Shown here: piece by piece, positions 9,101 to 18,908 of the stretch
Position numbering within the stretch: position 1 is the stretch's first letter
How the letters are laid out: each line of letters starts with the position of its first letter
DNA from: an uncultured Spirochaetota bacterium
GTDB lineage: Bacteria; Spirochaetota; Brevinematia; Brevinematales; JAOACQ01
Direction of reading: 5' to 3'
Length of the DNA: 64,000 nucleotides
Assembly: GCA_963783575.1 (NCBI GenBank)
Contig: CAWAOD010000005.1
Span: 256,001 to 320,000 of the forward strand
The notes under the pieces: generated by a model
What the model was told of the DNA's origin: nothing
The model's input: only the letters and a program-made list of their open reading frames with translations
Databases searched by the model: none
Program-made: the position numbers and the translations under genes

Positions 9101-10565
9101 TGATTATTTACATGGTCAAGGTCAATCATTATATATTTATAATTATTCCAATGGACAAACCAAATCAATACCTAATATGTATATATTCATCAAATGGCTG
9201 GATAATACTAAATTTTTGGGTTTGATGAATAACCATCTTTATGAAATTGATGTAGCTTCCTTAAATGCGACTGACATCGGACCAATAAATGCCACCCCGG
9301 TTGAATTGAGTTTCGACGGTAAGTTATTATTATCGACAGACGGACAAAATGTATATTTATATTCTATGGAAAATAAATCGACTTCTTTTCTGTACAATTT
9401 TGATTCAATCTTCGGTTTTCAAAACTCGGTCGAACCGAAAAAATATGAATTGTTTTTCTCACAGAATGGGAATTATTTTTTAGTTTACGGCATTAAAAAT
9501 GGTGTAAGAGGTATCTACCGTGTTGATATAACTAAAACAGCCTCCAAAAACCTTACAGCCAGCCTCGACTATCCCAATTCCGGTATGGATCACATCGAAG
9601 GAGTTATCCAGGTTAGGGGAAGCGCCCTGGATTCGAATTTCGATAAGTATCAGCTTTATTATAAGCTGAGTACGGATGGTTCATGGACAAAAATTTGCGA
9701 AAGCTCTTCGCCTGTAAATCAGGATGTCCTGGGAACGCTTGATACAACAGCTTTTTACGATGGCAATTTTGTTGATATTAAATTATCGGCATATGATAAA
9801 GCGGGAAATGTGAGGGAAAGCGTCACGGAAAACAAGGTCATAAATAATGTTTCTTATCTCCTCTCCGCCGTTTCAGTGAACGGAGGTTATTTGACTCCAA
9901 ATAACGCTATTATAAATTACAAACTGAACGATACCGCTGACAGCGTTCAGATTACAATAAAAGACGCCGGCGGAAATACACAGATTCTGAATAACCAGCC
10001 TACAACAAGCGGACTTAAAACAATCAATATCGGAGGCAGTCTGAACTTGCTGTCCGATGGAAGGGTAACATATTCCGTCGTGGCGGTAAAAGATGGTAAA
10101 GGCATAACTTTAGGGGGCGATTTTATCCTTGATAAAACCCCACCGGCCATCACTATCGATAATCCAACCGGTACAGTCACTTCAAACAGGCAGGTTGATG
10201 TTACCGGTACGGTTAATGACGCGAACCTTTCGTATTACGATATCTTAGTAAACAATTCAAAAGTCAATACTGTAAGCGGTATCTCAGGCGGGTCTGTGAG
10301 CGGGAAGCTCGCTTCAATTGACTTACCCGATGAAATAACTTACACGGTAACCGTAAAAGCTTACGATAAAGCCGGAAATTCTTTTGATAAATCCATTAAC
10401 ATCATTGCCGACAGGACCCCGCCCATCTGTTTAATTAATTCTCCGGTTCAGGGTGAGGGGATCAGTAAAACTCTGAAGGCAAATGGAAGTATAACCGATC
10501 CGAACCCGGACAAATTTGATCTTTATCTAAATGATAATAAAATATATACCGGGAACCGGCCATGA
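6156..10565 (+). CDS. Giant exported/surface protein, N-terminal part: NHL-repeat propeller, FlgD-type Ig domains, second propeller-like region, bacterial Ig-like repeats
   Basis: GGAGG RBS at 6145-6149, ATG 6156 with signal peptide. NHL motif GTYGTGWGQFNRPSGIAV...YVIEAGNNRLQ. FlgD-Ig motifs WNGLDGDGNPVTPGNY, WNGKLDSGANAPDDVY, WDGRDDSGNVVPDGDY. DKAGN/DxTPP Ig repeats. Ends at a TGA beyond which the frame stays open. Confidence 0.8.
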   Translation: MKIASTPLCFLLIFISNVSFSINLQGNIIQVDKKIDQSYVQGYTFQKVYDSPKGIALWLLDDNQKFYSVDSDQNFKQLMWGGGGSINDYARKVIDLDVPWGLACSTNAVNIYISDINSHHIIKYTRNSNGIDFYSKIGTYGTGWGQFNRPSGIAVRQYKKMDLLYVIEAGNNRLQAFLNDNLFKIDSDNFNCFNLNNSEPMGITIIVTDETNYKKDKIIVSDTYGNICSYTYNHDVINHSGNHILYIGLEKSLNLSSIVPNASLYGIAIDEYNHIFVVDNANTQIHILDQNLNYLFSYNMAADGIWSPWYIDIWKPTGRLALTWGGSGTKPDTNDGGGMVYWIGAKVFGLNTVNPLFSPLSPDQNTCKVQYRLFTPSKVTVTVEDQSGNAVAQIENEAYKDITSGDSFETVWNGLDGDGNPVTPGNYKIRIKADSLYGAYSSDEASADVSISIPLAINITGIDPSVIDSQNGTAVVNYGYNYAPVSMSAYVEKQDGSGWTIIRTLFQNSTAFTGSVSWNGKLDSGANAPDDVYRIRLTGKDNSGITSESICMVVVNRQPIVLLVDNPVLTVMNPNNPAYNNNSIIFNISKPAKVDIVIDDAAGNLKKTLQTGISCPAGDNNVSFDAGGLENGSYKVVVTATHVVTGNVRQGESPFSVDTIAPGIVINNLDNPYISPDEASSPNIKDSVSFSFTADENSTADVSIINNGGSIVKNIFQQQVMTPNNSMPLNWDGRDDSGNVVPDGDYRIFVKAVDSVGNVGLKYNKVVVDDNNSVENINYIASTSLIMNMTENDFNFYWSRQYKKYVWVNTNLFSIVLSGEDGNNIKTIQGSGSYTINGILSPKENFYGVLVCTNFYFNEFEEIICIYRFLDIAGENLSENELTNIYPSGKYELENSIYMPYSFKINQGIMENKIIFDSSWINYGNYNDPYHISIGIRDILNTSYEYFADYEDSREHSLDYPINIGFLTSSPDDNYIIWSCSYDYLHGQGQSLYIYNYSNGQTKSIPNMYIFIKWLDNTKFLGLMNNHLYEIDVASLNATDIGPINATPVELSFDGKLLLSTDGQNVYLYSMENKSTSFLYNFDSIFGFQNSVEPKKYELFFSQNGNYFLVYGIKNGVRGIYRVDITKTASKNLTASLDYPNSGMDHIEGVIQVRGSALDSNFDKYQLYYKLSTDGSWTKICESSSPVNQDVLGTLDTTAFYDGNFVDIKLSAYDKAGNVRESVTENKVINNVSYLLSAVSVNGGYLTPNNAIINYKLNDTADSVQITIKDAGGNTQILNNQPTTSGLKTINIGGSLNLLSDGRVTYSVVAVKDGKGITLGGDFILDKTPPAITIDNPTGTVTSNRQVDVTGTVNDANLSYYDILVNNSKVNTVSGISGGSVSGKLASIDLPDEITYTVTVKAYDKAGNSFDKSINIIADRTPPICLINSPVQGEGISKTLKANGSITDPNPDKFDLYLNDNKIYTGNRP

Positions 10566-13500
10566 AACGGAGAACTCAGTTTCAACACATCCTCCTTACA
10601 GGGCAATTATGTTTTGAAAATAAACGCTTCGGATACCGCAGGAAATACTGCTGTATTGACCAGGAATATTGTGGTTGACAATAATCCGCCCTCAACAGCG
10701 GTGACGTCAAGAGGAAAGTCTTTCAATGATGTTGTTTATAAAAACGGTTCGCAGAACCTGATAAACGCCGATACGCCGTTTGATTTTACATCGGTCAGCG
10801 GAGACGATTATTCTACAGTTGTAAATAACATGCCTTTTGTCTCAATCAACGGCGGGAGCTATACGCCTCTGGGAAGCGTTCATTTCAACGAAACCGTAAA
10901 GAATACCCCGCAGAATGTATCATATTATGCCTCTGACAATTTCGGGAATTCCGAAGCTGTTAAGTCTTTTACAGTTATAGTTGACAGTACTCCGCCGGCT
11001 GTAACCAATCAAATTTCCCAGCCGTTTTATCAATTAAACGGGGTAGTTTATATACCTCAGCAAAATAATATAACCCTATCAGCATCGGACGACCTGGCCG
11101 GTGTAAAAAACATTTATTATACAGCCCCCGGTAATGAAGGTTTTTCCTTATATGTACCGAATCAAAGCGGCCTGGCTTTAAATAAACCGGGAGAAAATAA
11201 AATATCTTATTATGCCGAGGACAATGTCGGCAATAAATCGGAACCTCAGACCTTGAGCCTTTTCCTGGATTCCATCCCGCCTTATACATCTTTAAATAAG
11301 GACGGGCAGGTATTTACTTCAGCAGATAAAATATATTATAAAGGAATCCTGCAATGCGTATTGATTCCGGTCGATTTCGGCTGCGGTGTAAAATCTTCTT
11401 TATATCGGCTGGATGGCGGAAACTATATCAATTCTGTGAATATCCCGGCTTTTCCGGCGAATATTAACGGTACTATCCGTCAGCTTGAATATTACAGTGT
11501 TGATTTTGTGAATAATGAAGAAAACCATAATAAAGTTACAATCGTTAATGATGAAACTCCGCCTGTTTCAACTTTGACAATCGATGGGGTTTCTTATACA
11601 AATAACTATGTTTATTGCCTTCCTTCAAATAAATTTAAAATCGAAGCCTCCGATTTCCTTTCAGGTGTAAAGGATATTTATTATAAAGTAGATACCGGCG
11701 ATTTTACCAATTATTTCGATGAATTAAGCATTAACCCTGGCGCATACGGTTCCTCCCACACAATTTATTATTATTCAATGGATGACCTCTCCAATTTAGA
11801 AAACGTTAATAGTATCGAAAAAATAATAATTGACGGAAATCCTCCTGAAACCTTAATTTCAGTTAAGTCCGGCAGGGTGATAAACTTCAATGGAAGTAAT
11901 TATTGCACAACAGGAACCATTTTTACTTTGAAAGCAACAGATGATTTGTGCGGAGTCGGGTCAACAATTTTTATTAAAAACGGTATTTCCAACTCCGGCA
12001 CTGATATAACCATTGACCGGGCAGGGAATTATAATCTGGATTATTATTCTATCGATCATCTTGGTAATATTGAGCAGGCAAAAAATTTGCAGGTTGTTTC
12101 CCCTATACCGGATACGACTCCGCCCGTTGTGGAATTAACATACAGCGGGATTACATATTCAACCAATAATCTACTTTACGCAAATACAAACCTGGTGATT
12201 TCAGTTACTTCTACCGATATAGCGCCGGCTTGGGAATACCCGACTGGCGTTTCAAATATTTTATATTCCATTAATGGAACATGGAAGGTAATACCCGGGG
12301 ATAAAACTGAGATTTTATTGCAGCCGGGGAGTATTCACATTTTATATTATTCCGGCGATAATGCCAATAATATCAGCGTTACAAATGAGTTTACCGTGAT
12401 TATTGATGAAAAGTCACCAATAACTATTTGCGATTATTCCAGTACAAATTGGACAAATAAATCCATATTATTAAATTTCCAGGCTTTGGATATGCCGGCA
12501 GGATTTTCAAGTGGCGTTAGTCAAACCTCATTAAGGATAGGTAATATTATCCTGTATTCTAATACTTTACTTATTCAGGACGATGGTATAAATAATATTT
12601 ATTTCAATACAGTGGATAATGTGAGCAATCGGGAAGCCGATAAATTGGTTACAGTAAAATCGGATTTCACTCCTCCGGCAATAAATATTACCGGTGCCAA
12701 TAATCTTACAAAATATGGAAAAAATGGTGTTAAACCAATAATTTACTTAAGCGATAGGCTTCCTGGAAGCGGGTTAGGAAGCATGGAACTGGAAATTATT
12801 AAGAATAATACATCATTCTTATACATATCGACAAATTTTGAGGGTATAACCTCATCTGAAATTGATCTGGATAAAATAACCGGTGAAGGCGATTACGTAA
12901 TGAATGTCAGGTTATATGATACAGCGCTTAATTTTTCAGGAGCTTCCATTATTTTTAAAATCGATACAACTCCTCCGGATATTCCCACAAATGTAAGGCA
13001 TCTATTTGACGGCAATGCAGAATACCTTGAATGGGATAAAGTCACAAACTTGGATTTAATGCAGTATGATATTTACCGTGATAGTAATTTTATCAATTAT
13101 TCTACCAATTCCGGATTTATAGATACTTATCATGAAGGGGCTATTCATAATTATAATATTTCTTCAATGGATAATGTCTGGAATGAAAGTGGAAAATCGT
13201 CAAATGAAATAATCAATACATCCACTGCTTTTTCTTTAGTCCATCCGTCAACAAACCAATTCTATAGAAATCACCTATGGATCAGGGCGGATTATTATGG
13301 AGATAATAAGAATAGTAAATTAAAGTTCTGGGATTTCCATTATGAGGATAACGATGAAGATAATATTTGCAACAATTTTGAACAATATATAATACCGTAT
13401 TGGGAGTTTCAAAATAGCAGGAATGATACTTTACAGGATGTTAAAGTAGAAATCGCTTTAAGCAACGCTCTTGTACCGACAAATTTCATTGTAGTTTTAC

Positions 13501-14264
13501 ATAAAGATTCTATTCAAAAGCATATTTTTATAAACCTTGATTTAAGGCAAATGGAAGAGGGCAATTATATATTGAAAGTAAGCGGCGTAAAAGACAATAT
13601 CCCAAAACTTGAAGATGCTATGTGGTTTGGGATTGATTCTACTTATCCGGTTACTTTCTTAACTGTAGACTCGAATATTTTAACAAATATGGAATCCAGA
13701 CAAAAAATTTATATCCCTTCTGGATCGACAATTGGTTTAATAGCGATAGACCCCATAGTTAATAATTCATCTTCCGGTGTAAAGCAAACCTATTTTTCAT
13801 TATCGGGAAATAAAATTAATACCGGGTGGTTAAATTATACTAATCAAAAATTATGTTTAAATAATGGGGAATATCTTTTATCATATTACAGCTGCGATAA
13901 TACTCACTTTTTATTTGAAGATTTTCCACAGGACTGGGTATTCCCTAGAAGTAATATTGAACCGTTAAAAACGATTGAAATTTATGTGGGGAATTATTTG
14001 CTTACAAATTGTTTGAATATTTGTGATGCCAAAATACCGGAATTTATTGTGAAAGGCATCTATGATTACGGGAAGTATAAAGGAAAAGCGGAATTCAATT
14101 TTTCAGTAACCAATGTTGTATCGTATGATGCGGAATTAGACGGTAAGAATGTGGCTTCTCCCCAAAAAATAACAATAAAAGGAGATCACAGGTTAAGAAT
14201 AAAAGCAATGGATAAATCGGGTAATATATTCATAAGAGATATTGTTTTTGAAATTTCGGATTGA
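10566..14264 (+). CDS. Giant surface protein, C-terminal part (same frame as previous ORF): tandem Ig-like (OmpL47-type) repeats
   Basis: Reads NGELSFNTSSLQGNYVLKINASDTAGN... directly after the TGA. Repeats of D.TPP...D..SGV..IYY...YYS.D..GN.E. No own RBS or signal peptide. Confidence 0.8.
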   Translation, partial: NGELSFNTSSLQGNYVLKINASDTAGNTAVLTRNIVVDNNPPSTAVTSRGKSFNDVVYKNGSQNLINADTPFDFTSVSGDDYSTVVNNMPFVSINGGSYTPLGSVHFNETVKNTPQNVSYYASDNFGNSEAVKSFTVIVDSTPPAVTNQISQPFYQLNGVVYIPQQNNITLSASDDLAGVKNIYYTAPGNEGFSLYVPNQSGLALNKPGENKISYYAEDNVGNKSEPQTLSLFLDSIPPYTSLNKDGQVFTSADKIYYKGILQCVLIPVDFGCGVKSSLYRLDGGNYINSVNIPAFPANINGTIRQLEYYSVDFVNNEENHNKVTIVNDETPPVSTLTIDGVSYTNNYVYCLPSNKFKIEASDFLSGVKDIYYKVDTGDFTNYFDELSINPGAYGSSHTIYYYSMDDLSNLENVNSIEKIIIDGNPPETLISVKSGRVINFNGSNYCTTGTIFTLKATDDLCGVGSTIFIKNGISNSGTDITIDRAGNYNLDYYSIDHLGNIEQAKNLQVVSPIPDTTPPVVELTYSGITYSTNNLLYANTNLVISVTSTDIAPAWEYPTGVSNILYSINGTWKVIPGDKTEILLQPGSIHILYYSGDNANNISVTNEFTVIIDEKSPITICDYSSTNWTNKSILLNFQALDMPAGFSSGVSQTSLRIGNIILYSNTLLIQDDGINNIYFNTVDNVSNREADKLVTVKSDFTPPAINITGANNLTKYGKNGVKPIIYLSDRLPGSGLGSMELEIIKNNTSFLYISTNFEGITSSEIDLDKITGEGDYVMNVRLYDTALNFSGASIIFKIDTTPPDIPTNVRHLFDGNAEYLEWDKVTNLDLMQYDIYRDSNFINYSTNSGFIDTYHEGAIHNYNISSMDNVWNESGKSSNEIINTSTAFSLVHPSTNQFYRNHLWIRADYYGDNKNSKLKFWDFHYEDNDEDNICNNFEQYIIPYWEFQNSRNDTLQDVKVEIALSNALVPTNFIVVLHKDSIQKHIFINLDLRQMEEGNYILKVSGVKDNIPKLEDAMWFGIDSTYPVTFLTVDSNILTNMESRQKIYIPSGSTIGLIAIDPIVNNSSSGVKQTYFSLSGNKINTGWLNYTNQKLCLNNGEYLLSYYSCDNTHFLFEDFPQDWVFPRSNIEPLKTIEIYVGNYLLTNCLNICDAKIPEFIVKGIYDYGKYKGKAEFNFSVTNVVSYDAELDGKNVASPQKITIKGDHRLRIKAMDKSGNIFIRDIVFEISD

Positions 14265-14282
14265 ATCCGGCATTGCGGAATT

Positions 14283-15305
14283 TTATAACCCGGCCGCAGG
14301 GGCTTTTATTATCAAAATATTTCCATTTCCTGGAACGGCATCGAACATAATATACTTAACGGAATCGATCTCAATTATTTGTGAGGCGGTATCATTTCCG
14401 TTTTGTTTAACATTACAGGAAGACCAGCCGCTTGGCAGCGGACGCCGGATAGTAATGGGACACGAATAAACTGAATTATCAAGATTATTCGTTATATTAA
14501 TTAAAATACTATCGGATTTGCTTGAAATTTCCGTAAGAGTTACAGAATTTCTTTCAATTATATAGCGGACCGCATTTCCGAAACCTGTCACCCAGAATTT
14601 GTCTTTATTATTATTCAAATATTCAAGCCCGGCCTTAAGAACCGGAGAGGGAAGCGGTGAATAACCGCCGTCATCATCAATGCCATGAATCAAATAAACG
14701 CACCACCCTTTAAAACTGGCGGCTTCATTGTCATTACTTATAAAATCGGCAGCTGTTCTGACAGACCCCTGTCTTCCGCAGATTATCGAGCTTATATTAT
14801 ATAAATCCTGAGGAGTCCTTGATTCGATATATCCCTGGCAGCCTCGCGCGGCAATATAAAATTTGCCGACAATCGATGGTTTCCCAGTAATGCAGTTCGG
14901 ATATGAAAGAGTTAAGTTTTTTTGACCGTTGATATGAGCATTAATCGCGTCCATTGAATTTTTAAGTTCATCGGTTTGTAAAGCATCGGAAAGAATGCCT
15001 AAAGAGGCATGAGTAGCAGTGTGGCTTGCAATTTCGTGCCCATGAACCGCCGCATCCTGCAGGCCTGGCCAGTCCGGCATCCAGCCTGTGACGGTAAACA
15101 ATGTTGCCGTGAAACCAAATTCATTAAACATAGGGATAGCAAGAAAAAGCTGGTTCGGGCAATTGTCGTCAAAAGTATAGCTTATTGCCGCCGAGCGAAA
15201 TCCCTGCCAGACTCCGACTTCGTAAGGTTCAGCTATAGTTTGAGAGAAATTCAGGCAGAATGTTAAGAATAAGCCTATCATTGCAATACCGAACAATTTT
15301 ATCAT
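14283..15305 (-). CDS. Exported polysaccharide deacetylase (CE4/NodB) family protein
   Basis: Signal peptide; TFDD motif, HEIASHTATH, SYP, LIHG; GGAGG RBS. Confidence 0.85.
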   Translation of the reverse strand: MIKLFGIAMIGLFLTFCLNFSQTIAEPYEVGVWQGFRSAAISYTFDDNCPNQLFLAIPMFNEFGFTATLFTVTGWMPDWPGLQDAAVHGHEIASHTATHASLGILSDALQTDELKNSMDAINAHINGQKNLTLSYPNCITGKPSIVGKFYIAARGCQGYIESRTPQDLYNISSIICGRQGSVRTAADFISNDNEAASFKGWCVYLIHGIDDDGGYSPLPSPVLKAGLEYLNNNKDKFWVTGFGNAVRYIIERNSVTLTEISSKSDSILINITNNLDNSVYSCPITIRRPLPSGWSSCNVKQNGNDTASQIIEIDSVKYIMFDAVPGNGNILIIKAPAAGL

Positions 15306-15446
15306 AACAATTTCCTCCTGCTAATTAACAATATAAATCTATTATTGACATTTTACAAATTAAACTGCAATTAAGCAAATTATTGGAATTTATTAGAATA
15401 ATGATTTGAAAATCGTAAATTAGAGATAATCTGCAGAGATTGAAAT

Positions 15447-17195
15447 TCAAGATTTTATTAGCGGTATATGTATAATAACCTTTGTTCCCTTTCCTTCGCT
15501 GCTTTCCACGGAAATATTTCCATTGTGCAGAATTACAATATGTTTAACAATGGACAAACCCAATCCGGTGCCTCCGGTTTTTCTCGAGCGGGATTTATCT
15601 GCCACATAAAACCTTTCAAAAATCCTTGGCAGGTCTTTCTTAGAAATCCCTATGCCGGTATCTTCAATGATAACTTCGGAAAGATCATTTATAAAACTGG
15701 TAGTAATTGAAATTTCACCTTCCTCAGTATACTTTATAGAATTATCGATTAAATTAATAAAAAGCTGTTCCAGTCTGAATATGTCCCCGGGTACCGGTGG
15801 AAGACCGGGTAAAAGATTCAGTCTAATGCTTAAACCCTTATGCTGAATACGATTTTCAAAAATTTTTAATATTCCTTCAATTATATTATTAAGATTTACT
15901 TTTTCAAAAATAATGTCGGGCTTTTCATTTTCCAATTCCGATAAAGTAAGCAAGTCATTAACTATGCTTATCAGGCGGTTTGTATGACGCAGGACAATAT
16001 CCAGGTATTTCTTCCTGTCAGTTTCACCGTCATCCTGAAGTGTTTCAACATAACCCTTGATTGCCGTAAGCGGTGTTCTTAATTCATGTGATACATTTAC
16101 AACAAATTCCTTTTTTATTTTCTCCAGGTTTTTGATATCGGTTATATCATGCCAGATTACAACAACTTCTTCCTTGAATGGAATAAAACTGGCAAAGCAG
16201 AGATAGATTTTATCAGATATGTCAAGTTCTTCCGACAAACTTTTCTTTTCATTTTTAATTCTGTTTAGAAATTCACTGAATATTAAATTACGGAAAACCT
16301 CCCAGTGATATTTTCCTTCAGGGTGATTTTCATTGATAATCTTTTTAAAACTATTATTACAGAAAGCTATTTTTCCGCTTTTATCCAGAACAAACAATCC
16401 CTCCTCAAGGGAATTGATTATTGTAAATATTTCATCATTCCTGTTTTTCAATTCCTGAAAAAGGGACTCAATATTAGAAACCATATAATTAAAATGATCG
16501 GCAATCAGCTTAAATTCGTCATCATTTTTGAGGAAAATCCTTACCGAAAAATTGCCTTCTGCTGTTCTGCTAAATGCATCAGTAATCTTGTTTAGAGGTA
16601 AAACAAGGGTTCTGGAAAGAATAAACACAGTTATCAATGAAATAAATATTAAAATAATGCCGAACATTATCAGTCTTAAGTTCATTTTATTCAATAATAA
16701 ATCGATCTCTTTAATATATAAGCTTGAACGGATAACTGCAATTATTTTGCCTTCACTCCTTACAGGATCGGCAACATAAAACATTTCTTCTCCGATTGTA
16801 GTGCTGAAATGCTCCGAATGCCCCGTATCTCCTTTAAGAGCTTGCATAAACTCAATCCTGCCGATATGATTTTCAATTATATGCGGATCTTTAAGTGAAT
16901 CTGCAAGAACAACTCCATTTGTATTGATAACTGTTAATCTAGCATGCAGTTCTTTGCCGAGCTTTTTAACAAAATCATCCATTTCATCATATTTTTTTGT
17001 TTCCAGATATGGAAGGATATCATAACTGGAAGTGATATTTATATCGATAAGGTTTTTGGTGACCGTATCAAGGTAATAGCTTTTTATTATCCTGAAAGAA
17101 TAAATCAGTATCAGGAATAATATTAAAAAAGTTGTGAGAAAGCTGCCGAAAAATATTTTGTATATAACCGAATTTTTTAAAAATTTGTTTCCCAT
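15447..17195 (-). CDS. phoR: PhoR-like sensor histidine kinase (2 TM, HAMP, PAS, HisKA, HATPase)
   Basis: FVVNVSHELRTPLTAIKGY H-box, NLIDNSIKY, DTGIGI, RIFERFYVADKSRSR, GGTGLGLSIVKH. Confidence 0.8.
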   Translation of the reverse strand: MGNKFLKNSVIYKIFFGSFLTTFLILFLILIYSFRIIKSYYLDTVTKNLIDINITSSYDILPYLETKKYDEMDDFVKKLGKELHARLTVINTNGVVLADSLKDPHIIENHIGRIEFMQALKGDTGHSEHFSTTIGEEMFYVADPVRSEGKIIAVIRSSLYIKEIDLLLNKMNLRLIMFGIILIFISLITVFILSRTLVLPLNKITDAFSRTAEGNFSVRIFLKNDDEFKLIADHFNYMVSNIESLFQELKNRNDEIFTIINSLEEGLFVLDKSGKIAFCNNSFKKIINENHPEGKYHWEVFRNLIFSEFLNRIKNEKKSLSEELDISDKIYLCFASFIPFKEEVVVIWHDITDIKNLEKIKKEFVVNVSHELRTPLTAIKGYVETLQDDGETDRKKYLDIVLRHTNRLISIVNDLLTLSELENEKPDIIFEKVNLNNIIEGILKIFENRIQHKGLSIRLNLLPGLPPVPGDIFRLEQLFINLIDNSIKYTEEGEISITTSFINDLSEVIIEDTGIGISKKDLPRIFERFYVADKSRSRKTGGTGLGLSIVKHIVILHNGNISVESSEGKGTKVIIHIPLIKS

Positions 17196-17213
17196 TTTTT
17201 TATTACCAAGCCT

Positions 17214-17888
17214 TTATTCCATTTTATAACCGATTCCCCGTGCATTTTTAATGCGGTTGCCGGATTGTCCAAGTTTGTCACGGAGATTTTTAATATGTAC
17301 ATCAATAGTTCGATCCAGAACGGCTTTTTCATTCCCCCAGAGTTTATCCAGAAGCTGATTTCTGGAATATACTCTTCCAGGCCTGGCTGCAAGTATTTGA
17401 AGAATCCTGAATTCTGTAGTCGTTAAATTAATGCTTTCCCCTCTAATCTTAACTTCAAATTTTTCACTATCAATTAATACATCTCCCAGCCTTATAATAT
17501 CTTTTTCTTCAGGCCTTTCCGCCCTTCTCAGCACAGCTTTAACCCTTGCGACAAGTTCTTTCGGGGAAAAAGGCTTTGTTATATAATCATCCGCGCCCAG
17601 CTCAAGGCCAAGGACTTTATCAGTCTCATCGCCTTTCGCTGTAAGCATAATAACCGGTATATTTGAAAATGTGTTGTCCTTTTTCAGCCTTTTACATATT
17701 TCAAGACCGTCATCATCGGGAAGCATCAGGTCTAAAATAATGGCGTCGGGTTTTTGTTTTTTTAATGAATTCATTAAAGATTGAGCCAAAGAAAATTCCT
17801 TAACGGAGAAACTCGCTTTTTTGAGATGTATTGAAACAAGCTCAAGAATATCCGGCTCATCATCAACAACATAAATCAATTTATTCAT
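17214..17888 (-). CDS. phoB: PhoB/PhoP-like OmpR-family response regulator
   Basis: VVDDE, ILDLMLP, MLTAK, GADDYITKPFSPKEL, RTIDVHIKNLR.KL, RGIGY; upstream of the phoR-like gene. Confidence 0.8.
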   Translation of the reverse strand: MNKLIYVVDDEPDILELVSIHLKKASFSVKEFSLAQSLMNSLKKQKPDAIILDLMLPDDDGLEICKRLKKDNTFSNIPVIMLTAKGDETDKVLGLELGADDYITKPFSPKELVARVKAVLRRAERPEEKDIIRLGDVLIDSEKFEVKIRGESINLTTTEFRILQILAARPGRVYSRNQLLDKLWGNEKAVLDRTIDVHIKNLRDKLGQSGNRIKNARGIGYKME

Positions 17889-18220
17889 AAAATTGAACTC
17901 CGTAAATCTGTTATTTATTAATATTTCTATATTTATTATTTTAATACCTGTCGATTATTTAATCAATCAATAATTTAAAGAAATATATATTTTTGATTAT
18001 TATACAGCAGTTTTTAGGTAATTTACAAAGAAAAGATATTAGTTATTCTATTCTTTCAAAACACACATAACTTTATATTCATTTGCTTCAATGCAGGTAC
18101 AAGTTTATAGCTTTATGAATTTTAAAGTTGGCTGTATTATTAAAATAATAATTAATTATAAATAAAAATAATTATTTTTGGATTAGAATTCTGTTAAGAA
18201 ATGGTTTATTTTTATAAGTT

Positions 18221-18718
18221 CTAGTCCATAGAAATGCGTAATTGAAAGTCATGTTTTTTGAAATCGTATATAATTTGTGTATCTCTTCTAAATATCTTCA
18301 TCTCGCTCATATGCCTTTCTATGTCGAAATGCTTCACCCATATAAGTACGATAGATATAATACGCTTGCTTTCCTCCGGTAACCGTAAAGAATTAAGCCT
18401 TTCGCATTCCTCTTGAATCCTTTTGATTCTGTCTTTTACAAGTTTTAAATTATCCGATTGAGAAACTTCGATCATATACTGAACAATTTTATCGCCCAGT
18501 TTTTCTCTGAATAAATCTGAGATGTTTACATTTTCACCCAATTTTTTTGATTTTTTTTTCTTTTTATTTATAAACCGGAAAGGGTTTTTCATTAAAAGAA
18601 ATGTGTCAAAATTTTTTTTTCTTATAACAACAAAAAATGTAATAATTAATAATATTCCAAGTAATGAAAAAAGCCAAATAAAAAGGTAAATAATAAATTT
18701 CTCATATGGATAGAGCAA
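18221..18718 (-). CDS. Hypothetical membrane-anchored protein
   Basis: TTG start after GAGG; N-terminal TM helix followed by a Lys-rich stretch. Confidence 0.65.
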   Translation of the reverse strand: MLYPYEKFIIYLFIWLFSLLGILLIITFFVVIRKKNFDTFLLMKNPFRFINKKKKKSKKLGENVNISDLFREKLGDKIVQYMIEVSQSDNLKLVKDRIKRIQEECERLNSLRLPEESKRIISIVLIWVKHFDIERHMSEMKIFRRDTQIIYDFKKHDFQLRISMD

Positions 18719-18908
18719 TAGTTTCCTCGATATATATTATTATAATAAATTATCGGTAAAATCCTGACAAAAAAATATAGCGCTAATCTAATGTTAACAA
18801 AACAAATCTCAACTAAGCATGAATATTATAGTTTCTTGCAATATAAATTCTTATCATATAATATTTATTTATTATTAATAATAAATTCTCAAAATGCCGG
18901 AGGAAATC

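Noticed and set aside
5576..10565. Genome-wide TGA recoding (genetic code 4 or 25) or selenoproteins
   Set aside because: TGA ends paralogues 1 and 2 at the position where paralogue 3 has TAA, housekeeping genes use TGG and are not broken by TGA, and no convincing SECIS-like stem was seen.
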